Below are positions 12,580 through 25,491 of a stretch of DNA of 46,236 nucleotides, in pieces. This DNA is from Octopus bimaculoides. Lineage: Eukaryota. Both the position numbers and the translations under genes were made by a program. The notes below the pieces were generated by a model. That model was not told the origin of the DNA and did not search any database. It worked only from the letters and a program-made list of their open reading frames with translations. The stretch is from NCBI RefSeq assembly GCF_001194135.2, contig NC_068988.1, positions 64,244,325-64,290,560 on the forward strand, read 5' to 3'. Numbering within the stretch: the stretch's first letter is position 1; each line of letters starts with the position of its first letter.

Positions 12580-12670
12580 GAAATATAATGTTGTTTAGTA
12601 CCCGGTCAGCTCATCTCAGACAGATCAATGAATGATCAAAAGCATTCCAGTCGTGACCCTCCCGCTTTTT
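12580..12670 (-). repeat. Family E repeat, 3' fragment
   Basis: Reverse complement gggagggtcacgactggaatgcttttgatcat...gctgaccgggtactaaacaac resembles 44260-44335. Confidence 0.55.
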
Positions 12671-12804
12671 CTATGTAAGGAAAACCTAAACCTGAAAATT
12701 CTAACGAAATTTTTTTTTAATTACTTTTGGTAAGATTTCAAGGAGATTTTGCTATTATTTCTAACTTGGAGAGGACTTTCATTGGTTCCAATACACCAGT
12801 GGTG

Positions 12805-12900
<96 letters not shown>

Positions 12901-12917
12901 GTGTGTGTGTGTGTGTG
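12805..12917. repeat. (TG)n microsatellite
   Basis: Direct reading. Confidence 0.95.
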
Positions 12918-13801
12918 ATAATGTGTATACACACACAAATATAACCATAACACATATAACATTCACACGTTCATATACACTCACACATACGTACACACAT
13001 ACATACATCCGCATATAGATGAGCATGCTTGTACATGTGTAGTATGTAATTGTGTCCACGGGTATGAATGTATGAGTGTGTCTACTTATATGTGGGTGTA
13101 TAAATGCGCATATACACATGTGTTCGTACATCTTATACGTTTCAAGACATCGAACAACTTAACTGACAGCGCGCGTATATGCATGTGAGTGTGTGTGTGT
13201 ATAAAAGTACATACATATATATTCCTAAATATGTATGTTTATATATACACACATATGCACGTCTTCACAAGTGCACGAATGCGGTTATATTCATACGTTG
13301 GTTCTACCACATGTGCAACCTGCATACACAACACTGCAGCACTAATAGCTATTTCAGTATTCACACCTTGATGCAGGCAAGTGCAATGCAATTATAAAGA
13401 GAACAATGGGTTATACGGTGCACGAGATGCTGTGTATATTACTGCAAAGGAAATTCAACAATCATTTACGATATCATTATATGACCTCTTGTATACATGT
13501 ACCTATAGGAATCCTCTCAGATGAGTGAGTGCACGTGCACTGGCTTCAAAGAGTTTTCCTTTTTCAATATGGCTGACAAATAGTCATACGTTCATACACG
13601 TTCATACACACTCATAAATTGTCATACGCGTACACATATATGAATATCAGCATTGGTTTCAATGGGATTTTACTTTTATTAATACGATCACTAATAGTCA
13701 CATTCACATACGCGCATACATACACCTACGCCAATGTACTCACACACGTATACATAAATACGTACACTGCAGTGTGTATCTTTTTGTATATGGCTCGCAA
13801 A

Positions 13802-13833
<32 letters not shown>

Positions 13834-13947
13834 CACGCCACGCTAATACATTTATGATAAATACGTGCATACATACAGTGTTAGAGAGTGGTTGGGGCCG
13901 CAAGGGCCAGCTACCCACGAAGTAAAATTTCAAAGGAAATGATATAA

Positions 13948-14110
13948 GCAGGTGTGACTGTGTGGTAAGAAGCTTGCTTCCCAACCATATAATTCCCGGT
14001 TCAGTCCCCGCTGCGTGGCACCTTCGGTAAACGTCTTCTACTAAATCCTCGGACCGACCAAAGCCTCGAGTGTGGACTTGGTTGATGGAAACTGAAAGAA
14101 ACCCATCGCA
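13948..14110 (+). mobile_element. tRNA-derived SINE family B, 5' half ending in a microsatellite
   Basis: gtgtggtaagaagcttgcttcccaacc...ggttcagtccc...gaccaaagcc...ggaaactgaaagaaacccatcg then (TA)n(GATA)n. Confidence 0.85.
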
Positions 14111-14129
14111 TATATATATATATATATAT

Positions 14130-14192
<63 letters not shown>

Positions 14193-14220
14193 TATATATA
14201 TATACACACACACACTCACA

Positions 14221-14882
14221 CAGTGCAGTGAATATATTGTCGTCTAAATTACGCAAAAATGAAAATAACATTGACATCTCATTTAAACACATATTTACCA
14301 AAATTACATTAAAATATCTCTAAATACTAAGTAAATTTGTTTCCAGACGACTTCGGAATCTTCTGCAACTCTTCTGGACGATCTCCTTGTTTAAGTTACT
14401 GAATGCTGCCAGAATCCTTACCTTCAGTTCATCTTTGGTATTACAAGGAGTTTTTTTGGTCTCTCACTCAACTGCGCCCCACACATAATAATCAAAGGGG
14501 TTGTCTTCTGGGGAGTTAGGTGACCAGATGCTAGAAGTGATGTGGTCGCAGAAGTTGTCTGATAACCACGACTGGGTTCCTCTGCGTGTGTAGGCTTCCG
14601 TGTTGAGTCTGAGGCCGTGTGGGAAAATGAATGAAGGCATCACAGCAAGGCAATGGTTGTTCTGTGTCTTCACCATCTGTTCCTATTGGAGCTTCCGGCG
14701 CGAACGCCAAGCAGTATATCATTTCCAAATTGCTGGCAGAGCGAATTGCACCATGATGCTGTTCTCACAGAGGGTGCCCAACTGACTCTAATATACTGTG
14801 TAGTCGACAAAATCCAAAACAAACAATGCGCATGCGTGAAATTAGAAATACAAAATGGCGACAATCTACCCATGGCATCTTG
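14221..14882 (-). mobile_element. Internally deleted maT (DD37D) mariner with both ends
   Basis: Minus-strand TQSWLSDNFCDHITSSIWSPNSPEDNPFDYYVWGAVE; N-terminal LLGVRAGSS at ~14690-14730; imperfect TIRs; strongly similar to 33345-33923. Confidence 0.85.
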
Positions 14883-14931
14883 TGTGTGTGCATGTATGTA
14901 TATGTGTGTGTGTGTGTGTGTGTATATATGT

Positions 14932-14966
<35 letters not shown>

Positions 14967-15127
14967 CACGCACATATAAAATACTTGCTGCACAGACAAA
15001 CACATACACACGCGTGAATGTGTGTATATAAATATATACGCTTATGTTTGTAAGTATTTGTGGTACATAATGTATATAAATTTATGTTCTTGGGTGTGTG
15101 TAAAGAAATGGAGACAAATGATCTTCT

Positions 15128-15173
<46 letters not shown>

Positions 15174-15607
15174 TCATTCTCATGTGTATGTGTACGCATA
15201 TGTGTGTGTATGTATATATTCGTACATATATACATACAAACATACATATAAGCCAGTGACCTATTCGTACTTGGTGTTTCTCAACACACGAATGCAAAAG
15301 AAGCTGTAATAAATGAGACCTATTACTGCTGTGACAGCTATTAGCAAAGTGAAGCAGCTGTTTCTGACGAGATTACAAATTATAGCGATTTTCATGAACA
15401 CTAGCGACATAGCTTCCATCCACTTCACCTGCCCCGATACACAAAATTTTATATAAACAACGCACACACACACACACACACACACAAATTTGTGTGTGTG
15501 CGCGTGTGCAGACAAACACATACACACACACATATATATTTATATACGTGTGTGTATATATAATATATAAATAGAGATATGCATATATAGATATATCATT
15601 ATATTAT

Positions 15608-15762
15608 GTGGATGTGTGGTAAGAAGCTTGATTCTCAACCGCATGGTTCCAGGTTCAATCCCACTGCATAACACCTCTGGCAAGTGTCTTCTATGATAGC
15701 CACGGGCCACCCAAAGCCTTGTAGGTGGATTTAGCAGACGCAAAATGAAAGAAGCCCATCGA
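15608..15762 (+). mobile_element. SINE family B, 5' half running into a gap
   Basis: gtgtggtaagaagcttgattctcaacc...ggcaagtgtcttcta...gaaagaagcccatcg. Confidence 0.85.
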
Positions 15763-16321
15763 ATATATATATNNNNNNNNNNNNNNNNNNNNNNNNNNNN
15801 NNNNNNNNNNNNNNNNNNNNNNNNNNNNNNNNNNNNNNNNNNNNNNNNNNNNNNNNNNNNNNNNNNNNNNNNNNNNNNNNNNNNNNNNNNNNNNNNNNNN
15901 NNNNNNNNNNNNNNNNNNNNNNNNNNNNNNNNNNNNNNNNNNNNNNNNNNNNNNNNNNNNNNNNNNNNNNNNNNNNNNNNNNNNNNNNNNNNNNNNNNNN
16001 NNNNNNNNNNNNNNNNNNNNNNNNNNNNNNNNNNNNNNNNNNNNNNNNNNNNNNNNNNNNNNNNNNNNNNNNNNNNNNNNNNNNNNNNNNNNNNNNNNNN
16101 NNNNNNNNNNNNNNNNNNNNNNNNNNNNNNNNNNNNNNNNNNNNNNNNNNNNNNNNNNNNNNNNNNNNNNNNNNNNNNNNNNNNNNNNNNNNNNNNNNNN
16201 NNNNNNNNNNNNNNNNNNNNNNNNNNNNNNNNNNNNNNNNNNNNNNNNNNNNNNNNNNNNNNNNNNNNNNNNNNNNNNNNNNNNNNNNNNNNNNNNNNNN
16301 NNNNNNNNNNNNNNNNNNNNN

Positions 16322-16415
16322 CTTTTTGAGCCCTGTAAAAGAACTCGGAAGTTTGGGCCTCTAACCAGACCTTTCGCAATACCTTTAAAATCAGGAAATT
16401 TTCAGTACCTCCTCG
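16322..16415 (-). mobile_element. Mariner-type terminus cut by a gap
   Basis: Reverse complement TA-cgaggaggtactgaaaatttcctg is a typical mariner TIR start. Confidence 0.55.
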
Positions 16416-16464
16416 TACATGTGCATATGCAAATGTGTGAGTGTATGTGTGTATGTATGTGTGT

Positions 16465-16467
<3 letters not shown>

Positions 16468-16523
<56 letters not shown>
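16468..16523. repeat. (AAT)n microsatellite
   Basis: Direct reading. Confidence 0.95.
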
Positions 16524-16524
<1 letters not shown>

Positions 16525-16949
16525 GAGTATGGAGACTTGTATATCCACAAAATATATTTTATAGTTATATACAGTATATTATAATGGTTTACACGTGTTT
16601 CCGCTGAAGAGAACACGGAATTACCCAGCGAAAGAATTTCACAGAGTGGCTAACAACTAAATTTAATCACAGACATTAGATACTGATCGTTGTGGTTAGG
16701 CGTTAAATGGAACCCAACTGAGAGAGAATGCGGTATCCGCCCACGTAATATATCCCTCAAAATTCGTGTGTGTGTGTCTGTATGTATGTGTTTTGATACA
16801 TAAATGCATACAAAACTCAGATATGTTTTGGCCAAAGATTGTTATACGCCATTTCTAAATTAATAGGACCTGCTCAGTCATTCTATGAGGAATCTCGTGG
16901 GACCATAGCCTATTCAAGGAGGGAGTTCCTGTTGATTGATATATATCCT

Positions 16950-17272
16950 GGAGTACTCTGTCGGTTACGACGACGAGGGTCCCAGCTGATCCGATCAACG
17001 GGAACAGCTTGCTCATGATATTAACGTGCAAGTGACTGAACAATCCACAGACACGTGTACCCGTAACGTAGTTCTCAGGGAGATTCAGCGTGACACAGAG
17101 TGTGACAAGGCCGGCCCTTTAAAATAGAGGTACTACTCATTTTTGCCAGCTGAGTGGACTGAAGCAACGTGAAATAATGTGTCTTGCTCAAGGACACAAC
17201 GCGCCATCGGGAATTGAACTCACGACCTTACGATCGTGAGCCGAATGCCCTAACCACTAAGCCACGCGCCTT
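16950..17272 (-). mobile_element. tRNA-derived SINE family D
   Basis: Head ggcgcgtggcttagtggttagggcattcggctcacgatcgtaaggtcgtgagttcaattccc; core gttgtgtccttgagcaagacac...gtccactcagctggc (CORE/V/Meta-domain-like); 3' half shared with family C. Confidence 0.85.
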
Positions 17273-17449
17273 CAGGAGATATTCCTTCAAGAAATCTGTG
17301 CCGGCTTCGTTTGAAGGTGATGGGATCCATTATTCTTTGATTTGTTTTGAAATGATGATAAATAGAATCAAGCCTGTTGAGGAAAAGTTGTGTTGCAGTA
17401 AATTTGTGTGTTGTGAGATGAATTGTATTGGAGCGCGTACATATATATC

Positions 17450-17711
17450 GTGGCACTCCGTCAGTTACGATGACGGGGGTTCCAGTTGATCCGTTCAACG
17501 GAACAGCCTACTCGTGAAATTAACGTGCAAGTGGCTGAGCAATCCAGAGACACGTGTATCCCTAACGTAGTTCTCGGGGTGATTCAGTGTGACACAGACT
17601 GTGACAAGGTTGGCCCTTTGAAATACAGGTACAGCAGAAACAGGAAGTATTGAAACCACGATCCTATGACTGCAAGTCTGCTGCTCTAACCACTGGGCCA
17701 TTGTGCCTCTA
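17450..17711 (-). mobile_element. SINE family C with an internal deletion
   Basis: Head gaggcacaatggcccagtggttagagcagc; 3' end cgtcatcgtaactgacggagtgcca; central block missing relative to 24974-25344. Confidence 0.85.
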
Positions 17712-18237
17712 CACACACACACACACACATATACACACATGCGTGTGTGTGTAAACGGCTGACTTATCTAATCCCTTCTCGCACACTATAATACAGCATA
17801 CCGATAGATAGATAGATTTCATACACATTTATGCAACCATACGTATTTTATGTGTGTATATAACCTCGTGAATGCGCATGTGTACATGGAGTTCTTGCAA
17901 TGCGTGATACAGCTATCAATAGAAATAAAACGTCATTCATCTTGACAAGTTACCTTGCCGACTGAGATGAGCGCAAGAGAAGGGAAGAGGGCGAAAATGA
18001 TGTCTTCGGAAAAATAAATAAATAGATACTATGGAGCAGAAGAAAATACAGGCAGAAGAAAGGGAGTAGTCTCAAAGCAATTTGGTATCATGTGCACACG
18101 GAATGTGCATTCGCTGCAACTTGTCACAAAATGAATGGTACAGAATAAAAAAAGGGATTTTTTTTACATCAATGCAGAAGATCGGGCAACAGACTGAAAA
18201 TTTTCGTAGTAACAAGGGTTACACGAATATATACATG

Positions 18238-18268
<31 letters not shown>

Positions 18269-18302
18269 GTAGGTATAGATGCATATAAAAATGTCTGTAT
18301 CC

Positions 18303-18337
<35 letters not shown>

Positions 18338-19601
18338 AATATATACGTACATATATATACACACATAAGTATATAAACTCAGTCTCACAAACGTGTGTGT
18401 ATATATATATATNNNNNNNNNNNNNNNNNNNNNNNNNNNNNNNNNNNNNNNNNNNNNNNNNNNNNNNNNNNNNNNNNNNNNNNNNNNNNNNNNNNNNNNN
18501 NNNNNNNNNNNNNNNNNNNNNNNNNNNNNNNNNNNNNNNNNNNNNNNNNNNNNNNNNNNNNNNNNNNNNNNNNNNNNNNNNNNNNNNNNNNNNNNNNNNN
18601 NNNNNNNNNNNNNNNNNNNNNNNNNNNNNNNNNNNNNNNNNNNNNNNNNNNNNNNNNNNNNNNNNNNNNNNNNNNNNNNNNNNNNNNNNNNNNNNNNNNN
18701 NNNNNNNNNNNNNNNNNNNNNNATCTCCGAATGTAAGTACATGCATGTTAATGTAAAAGAATTCTTCCTTACTAAACTCTTCGTACTACTAATAACTTAG
18801 ACTATTTGCACTATATAACGCATTCAGCTTTGTAAACTTTTCTAACATCTACGCTGTTAAAAAAGAGAACTGATTCAACGAGAATGACTTCATTTTTTAT
18901 TCGCTCTTCTTCCATCATTTTTGTTCATATATTTCTTCCGCACCAACCATGTTTCATTCTTTTTCTCGTTGTTCATGTACTCGTCACCTTTATGTACACA
19001 CATACACAAACACACACGTATTATCTAGACAAGGGGAGTGAATATGGTACATCTATAAGTTCTCAACGTTGCGGTACAATTTTTAGGCAAATATTCCATA
19101 ACATTTTACAGGAAATCATTTCGGTGAAATGGTGCTAGAAATGGAGTGGTGCCGAAACAATTGTAACTATCGATAAAGAAGAGTTCAATTCATCTTTCGT
19201 CTTATTTGAATCATATATCACTCTGCCAAACTCTCACATTGATTTTTTTTTATTTTTTTATCTGTGACATTCATAGAATTTCTACACCAGTGGACTCTTA
19301 ATTTTCCTCGAGATTCCTATTCATGAGCATAGATAGTCAGTAGTTTTGGACTGGTTGCAGCATTGTAAATAGACCGACATTCTAACCTGTCAGGAGCTAT
19401 ATATCACTATATATGTATATGAATACGTTAATAAAAGAAAATGAATTGAATCTGTTTTATAGTATACCATTCCAACCGTTTCAATACCTCACTACCAGCT
19501 GTTAACCGCTGAATGTTACATAGATTATGAAAACATACTGTGTTACTTACACTATTCAGCAATGCTACCAGATGCATTTCCTCTGGAATGAGATAGCTTA
19601 C

Positions 19602-19751
19602 CTCATGGGTTGGTAATTTACCTAGGAGAAGGAAATATCCGAAATAAAAGCTGAGGCCTTGGAAGTTCCTGGTTTTGTCAATTTTCTTGTCACCCCGGCG
19701 AAAGTCTTCTTGGGCCAATAGATGGGGGTAGTGCAGTGCAAGCCACACCCA
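19602..19751 (-). CDS. Candidate 150-bp phase 0-0 coding exon, product unknown
   Basis: Acceptor ttttcag, donor GAG|gtaagc, open frame WVWLALHYPHLLAQEDFRRGDKKIDKTRNFQGLSFYFGYFLLLGKLPTHE in non-repetitive GC-balanced sequence; no family recognised. Confidence 0.35.
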
Positions 19752-19864
19752 CTGAAAATTATTCACACACATATGTATATACACACATATGTATATTAAT
19801 ACATATGTATATGAATACATATGTATATGTATACATATGTATGTATATGTATGTGTATTATATA

Positions 19865-19905
<41 letters not shown>

Positions 19906-20845
19906 NNNNNNNNNNNNNNNNNNNNNNNNNNNNNNNNNNNNNNNNNNNNNNNNNNNNNNNNNNNNNNNNNNNNNNNNNNNNNNNNNNNNNNNNNNNNNNN
20001 NNNNNGTATATATTAATACATAAATATATATACATACAATGACATAACCCCGTCGGCCAACAATGACAATTCAGTTACTACATCTTTAAATCGCGTAGGA
20101 AGTAACTGATATTTAGAAGTCTTAGTTGTATTCCTGTTCACGTTAGTGTATTTGTTTATTTGTCGTTGATCCGGAAATTGGGCTTTTCGCAGAGCACATG
20201 TAGAAAATAAACAAAACATGGGAGATTATTTATAAGACATTTAGTGACATCGTCTTACGTACATTTCATAAACATAATGCGATTGCATGATATAAAATAC
20301 ATAATCAAAATTTATTGTTAATTCGTCAAAGACTTGTAACTTTTATACGTAGCATTTTCTTTGAACATTATTGGATTGTAGGAATGCTGTCAGAATCGAC
20401 TATCCTAAAGCAAAGACGATTCGACAATAAGTCTTGATAATACAATTTACGTAATGTAACTAATAATCAGTTTACGTTCATAAAATTTACATAAGATCGT
20501 AACTAAATTTCATATAAATCAATCTCACATATTTTGCTTTATTATATACGAGTGTGCGCGTGTGTGTATATATGCATGTATATGTGTTTATGTATACATG
20601 TAAGTATATGTGTAAGTATGTATGTATATGTGAATAGAGAGATAAATAGATTGATACATAATTGCATATATTATGTAAATGACATTCAAGACGCGGTCAC
20701 TGGTACCTTTCGTTTCTCACGACAATGGAATTGGTCTCTTGAAATTCTTACAAGCAGCTGGAGACCTGGTTGTAAGGCAATATTGCAAGAACGAAGATAC
20801 ACAAAGATAACTGCCTAGAATTACCATTATCCATTCTGTTCTTCA

Positions 20846-20930
20846 CGTTTTAAGATGGCAGGTCGTCTTATCCTTTAGAGATTTAACTGTTATTTCTAGC
20901 AGGCCAAACGATTGCGTTGATACCCTACTT
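20846..20930 (-). repeat. Family E repeat, 5' fragment
   Basis: Reverse complement cctgctagaaataacagttaaatctct resembles cttgctagacatagtaaccaaatcc at ~44120. Confidence 0.45.
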
Positions 20931-21103
20931 TTCTCTTCCTCTCTCCCTCTCTCCCTCCCGATCTCTCTTGCTTTCGCTCTTTCTTGCTCGCCCTCTCTCT
21001 CTAGCTCTTTGTATCTCGGTCTCTCTATCTCTCTCTCTCTCTCCCTCTTCCTCTCTCTCCGCCTAAAAGAAAATGACTACCATGGGTGGCAGGTACTTCA
21101 GAT

Positions 21104-21166
<63 letters not shown>

Positions 21167-22440
21167 AACACACGCATACACGTCAGATATTTACTTCCTT
21201 GTTTGTGGCAAGGGGTTGTGTAAAAAAAAAAAGCAGTAATATCAAACGGAGGGGCTAAGAAGTGTTAAAAACTGGGGCTCGTTAGTTTACCACCTAATTG
21301 GCTCTCAGCATTCGTGTTAGGGTCCTTTAGTGAGATGATANNNNNNNNNNNNNNNNNNNNNNNNNNNNNNNNNNNNNNNNNNNNNNNNNNNNNNNNNNNN
21401 NNNNNNNNNNNNNNNNNNNNNNNNNNNNNNNNNNNNNNNNNNNNNNNNNNNNNNNNNNNNNNNNNNNNNNNNNNNNNNNNNNNNNNNNNNNNNNNNNNNN
21501 NNNNNNNNNNNNNNNNNNNNNNNNNNNNNNNNNNNNNNNNNNNNNNNNNNNNNNNNNNNNNNNNNNNNNNNNNNNNNNNNNNNNNNNNNNNNNNNNNNNN
21601 NNNNNNNNNNNNNNNNNNNNNNNNNNNNNNNNNNNNNNNNNNNNNNNNNNNNNNNNNNNNNNNNNNNNNNNNNNNNNNNNNNNNNNNNNNNNNNNNNNNN
21701 NNNNNNNNNNNNNNNNNNNNNNNNNNNNNNNNNNNNNNNNNNNNNNNNNNNNNNNNNNNNNNNNNNNNNNNNNNNNNNNNNNNNNNNNNNNNNNNNNNNN
21801 NNNNNNNNNNNNNNNNNNNNNNNNNNNNNNNNNNNNNNNNNNNNNNNNNNNNNNNNNNNNNNNNNNNNNNNNNNNNNNNNNNNNNNNNNNNNNNNNNNNN
21901 NNNNNNNNNNNNNNNNNNNNNNNNNNNNNNNNNNNNNNNNNNNNNNNNNNNNNNNNNNNNNNNNNNNNNNNNNNNNNNNNNNNNNNNNNNNNNNNNNNNN
22001 NNNNNNNNNNNNNNNNNNNNNNNNNNNNNNNNNNNNNNNNNNNNNNNNNNNNNNNNNNNNNNNNNNNNNNNNNNNNNNNNNNNNNNNNNNNNNNNNNNNN
22101 NNNNNNNNNNNNNNNNNNNNNNNNNNNNNNNNNNNNNNNNNNNNNNNNNNTATATATGTGTGTGTGTGCATGCATGTGCGTGCGTGCATGAGCGTGCATG
22201 CATGTATATATGTATATATGTGCGTGCATATGTATATATGCATATTTCTATACATGTATGTATATATATATACCTATATATATATGTATATTTATGAGTG
22301 TGTGTATGTAAATATATATATATATATATCGGTGTGTATGCGTGTGTGTCTATGTATATATTATATACATTTACATATGTGTCTATGTTTATTTTATATA
22401 TACTTATGTACATATTTATTTATTTATTTATTTATTTATG

Positions 22441-22478
22441 GGTTTCAGCCAAGTGGCTGTGGTCATGCTGGAGCACCA
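22441..22478 (-). repeat. Isolated 3' tail of SINE B / CR1 type
   Basis: Reverse complement ggtgctccagcatgaccacagccacttggctgaaacc. Confidence 0.65.
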
Positions 22479-22566
22479 TATATATGTTGATATATGTGGG
22501 GAAATATGTATGTATATACATATATATTTATATATCTGGGGATATATATATATATATATATGTACG

Positions 22567-22569
<3 letters not shown>

Positions 22570-22648
<79 letters not shown>
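22570..22648. repeat. (TA)n microsatellite
   Basis: Direct reading. Confidence 0.95.
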
Positions 22649-22653
<5 letters not shown>

Positions 22654-23068
22654 GCATATATATATATACATATGTATATAGATATATATGTGTGTGTACA
22701 CACACACACACACTCGCATATATATATGTACATACGCAGACATGCATATACATGTATATACACACACACACACACACACATTATGCGTGTGTGTGTTTGT
22801 TTATCTAGAAAAATTGAGAGCGAGGAGAAGGGGAAGTGATGGAGGAGGATAGATTGATAGCGATAAAGAGTGGAGAAAATGGCGAAAATGGGACGGAAAG
22901 AAGACTAAAGAGATACTAGAAGAAATAAGATGAAGAAGATTAAAGAGTGGCAGAAGTAGAAGATAAAAGATAGAAAGGTAGTAAAGAGAGGGTGAAAAGT
23001 AACAGGAACATGTGAAGCAGCATAGATTTATCAGTGATGAAGAGTGATTAAGAGGGAAATGGGAAAGT

Positions 23069-23118
23069 GAAGCCTTGTGACTGGATTTGCGAGACGGAAA
23101 CTGAACGAAGTCTGTGGC

Positions 23119-23179
<61 letters not shown>

Positions 23180-23880
23180 AACAATATATGAGTATATGCA
23201 TATATATGAACATGTATGTACATACCTTCATCTACTCGCCACTACCCTCCACGAAAATAATTTAATTTGTGTTTGTGGGAAGAACCATTTCAACGATGCG
23301 TACTGCCTTAATTCTTCGAAACGCCGGTGTTTTAATGGTGGCAGGTGATGAAGGAGGTGTTTCTATGTGGCTTGCTTGTTTGTTGTACCTTGTTTATCAT
23401 TTTGTCCATGTTCTTTTGCCACGTCATGTAGCCAGTTTTGTATCTGTAGATGAAGGTATGTACATACATGTACATATATATGTATATACTCATATATTGT
23501 TTGTATCACGACAGAACGCACGCGTTAACCTTTATACAGTAAGTTTTATATATATATGTGTGTGTGTAGATGTAGGTATGTACATATATATGTATACATG
23601 CATATGCTTATATATCATTTGTATTATTTATATATATATGTGTGTGTGTGTTTGTGTGTAGTGGGAGGTCTTTGTATCCCCCACCATCGCTTGACAACTG
23701 GTGCTGGTGTGTCTTCGTTCCCATAAATTAGCAGTTCGGCAAAAGAGATCGATAGAATAAGTACCAAGCTTAGTAAAAGAAAAATTATGTACTGAGGTTG
23801 ATTCATTGGACTAAAAAAATCCTTCAAGGAGGTGCCCCAGCATGGCCGCAACCCAGTTACTGAAACAAAAGATAAAAGAC
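23069..23880 (+). mobile_element. SINE family B (head missing) with a greatly expanded centre
   Basis: aagccttgtgactggatttgcgagacggaaactgaa at 23069; 3' half cccccaccatcgcttgacaac...ggtgccccagcatggccgc...actgaaacaaaagataaaag at ~23650-23880. Confidence 0.8.
23177..23504. repeat. 59-bp inverted repeat pair enclosing 210 bp of unique sequence
   Basis: 23177-23235 is the reverse complement of 23446-23504 with 2 mismatches. Confidence 0.85.
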
Positions 23881-24049
23881 AACAGCAATAACAACGAGAA
23901 CAATGGTAATTTTCCCTTCTACTATAGACAACAACTCTCAAGGGTCTATTTTGGCAGTCCTAACTGGTGAGGGTTTTATGAGGTCGGAGTCGAATCCTTC
24001 TTCGACCTCTCTTTGTCGCCAGATCCTACACTGCACGAAGTTGCTAATA

Positions 24050-24265
24050 ACGGTTTCAAATTTTGGCACAAGGCCAGCAATTTCAAGGCAGGGGTAAGCC
24101 GATTGCATTGACACCAGTGTTCAGCTGGTACTTATTTTATCGAGCCCGAAGGATGAAGGGCAAAGTCAACCGTGATGTTGCTTGAACCAGAACGTAACGA
24201 CGGACGAAATACCGCTAAGCATTTAGTCCAGCGTGCTTAACGATGTTGCCAGCTCGCTGCCTTAA
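24050..24265 (-). mobile_element. SINE family A, tail type 3
   Basis: Head aaggcagcgagctggcaacatcgttaagc; tail ttgctggccttgtgccaaaatttgaaacc. Confidence 0.85.
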
Positions 24266-24840
24266 GCAACGGTAATTTTAATTTACATCAGAAACAAATG
24301 AACGAAAATCATTTTTGAAGGAAAAAAAAACGATGTTATAAATTAAAACCAAAACAAAAAAAAACGAAAAAATAAAACGTCAACAAACAAAAAATATCGG
24401 GTAATTACAGTTTTGTATCTTATGAGAATAATTAAGGAGGAAAAGCAACACGGCTGTTGTCGTGGTTCGGGTGTAGATAGGGTAGGAATAGCATTTAACG
24501 GATGTCTCTGGAATTTCAAGATGTAATCTTAACAGACAGACAAGAAATGTATAAAACAATCGGACGTCTGCTCGCCAGATGTTCCAAGAACCGGTTCTGC
24601 AACCATTAGTTAAAAGATTGCACCATGAGCTATATAAGCATGTAAAACCTCGTGCAAAAGCGACAAAACAGCGCACCTCATACGACATATAAGTGTGTGC
24701 ATGTGTGTTTGTGGTGTGTTTATGCCTATATGGATGTAAGTATGTATGCATGTGTGTATGCGAGTATATGAATGCTTGTGTATAAGTGTATAGGTATGCG
24801 TGTGTAACTATGTATATATGTATGTATACGTAGATAGCTG

Positions 24841-24871
<31 letters not shown>

Positions 24872-24973
24872 CCAGGAAAAGACAAATGTCAAGAGAGATG
24901 AAAAGCTAGATAGATAGATAAATAGGTAATAGACAGACAGACAAATAGATAGACATGCATGCTTATATGTTGT

Positions 24974-25344
24974 TGGCACTCCGTCGCTTACGACGTCGAG
25001 GGTTCCAGTCGATCCGATCAACGGAACAGCCTGCTCGTGAAATTAACGTGCAAGTGGCTGAGCACTCCACACACACGTGTACCCTTAACGTAGTTCTCGG
25101 GGATATTCAGCGTGACAAGGCTGACCCTTTGAATTACAGGCACAACAGAAACAGGAAGTAAGAGTGAGAGAAAGTTGTGGTGGAAGAGTACAGCAGGGTT
25201 CGCCACCATCCCCTGCCGGAGCCTCGTGGAGCTTTAGGTGTTTTCGCTCAATAAACACTCACAACGCCTGGTCTGGGGATCGAATCCGCGATCCTATGAC
25301 CGCGAGTCCGCTGCCCTAACCACTGAGCCATTGCGCCTCCACGC
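24974..25344 (-). mobile_element. SINE family C, near full length (tRNA-Arg-like head, possibly an Octopus OR-type SINE)
   Basis: Head gcgtggaggcgcaatggctcagtggttagggcagcggactcgcggtcataggatcgcggattcgatcccc; named-family assignment is from recall. Confidence 0.85.
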
Positions 25345-25491
25345 ATGCTTATATATATATATATAAATGCACACACAATATGTACATGCATATATGCACA
25401 CACACATACATATATGCATATGATCGTTTCTAGAACTACATAAACCCGGAGGAGAAGCACACTCTGCGATGTAGAGCAGTTAATATTATAG

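Noticed and set aside
13528-13541. 14-bp palindrome agtgcacgtgcact with an E-box
   Set aside because: Isolated; can arise by chance in sequence rich in alternating purine-pyrimidine tracts
22800-23060. Purine-rich open frames
   Set aside because: Low-complexity GA tract
23269-23348. CFNGGR as an EGF-like motif
   Set aside because: Followed by two stop codons; the Cys richness reflects TG-rich composition
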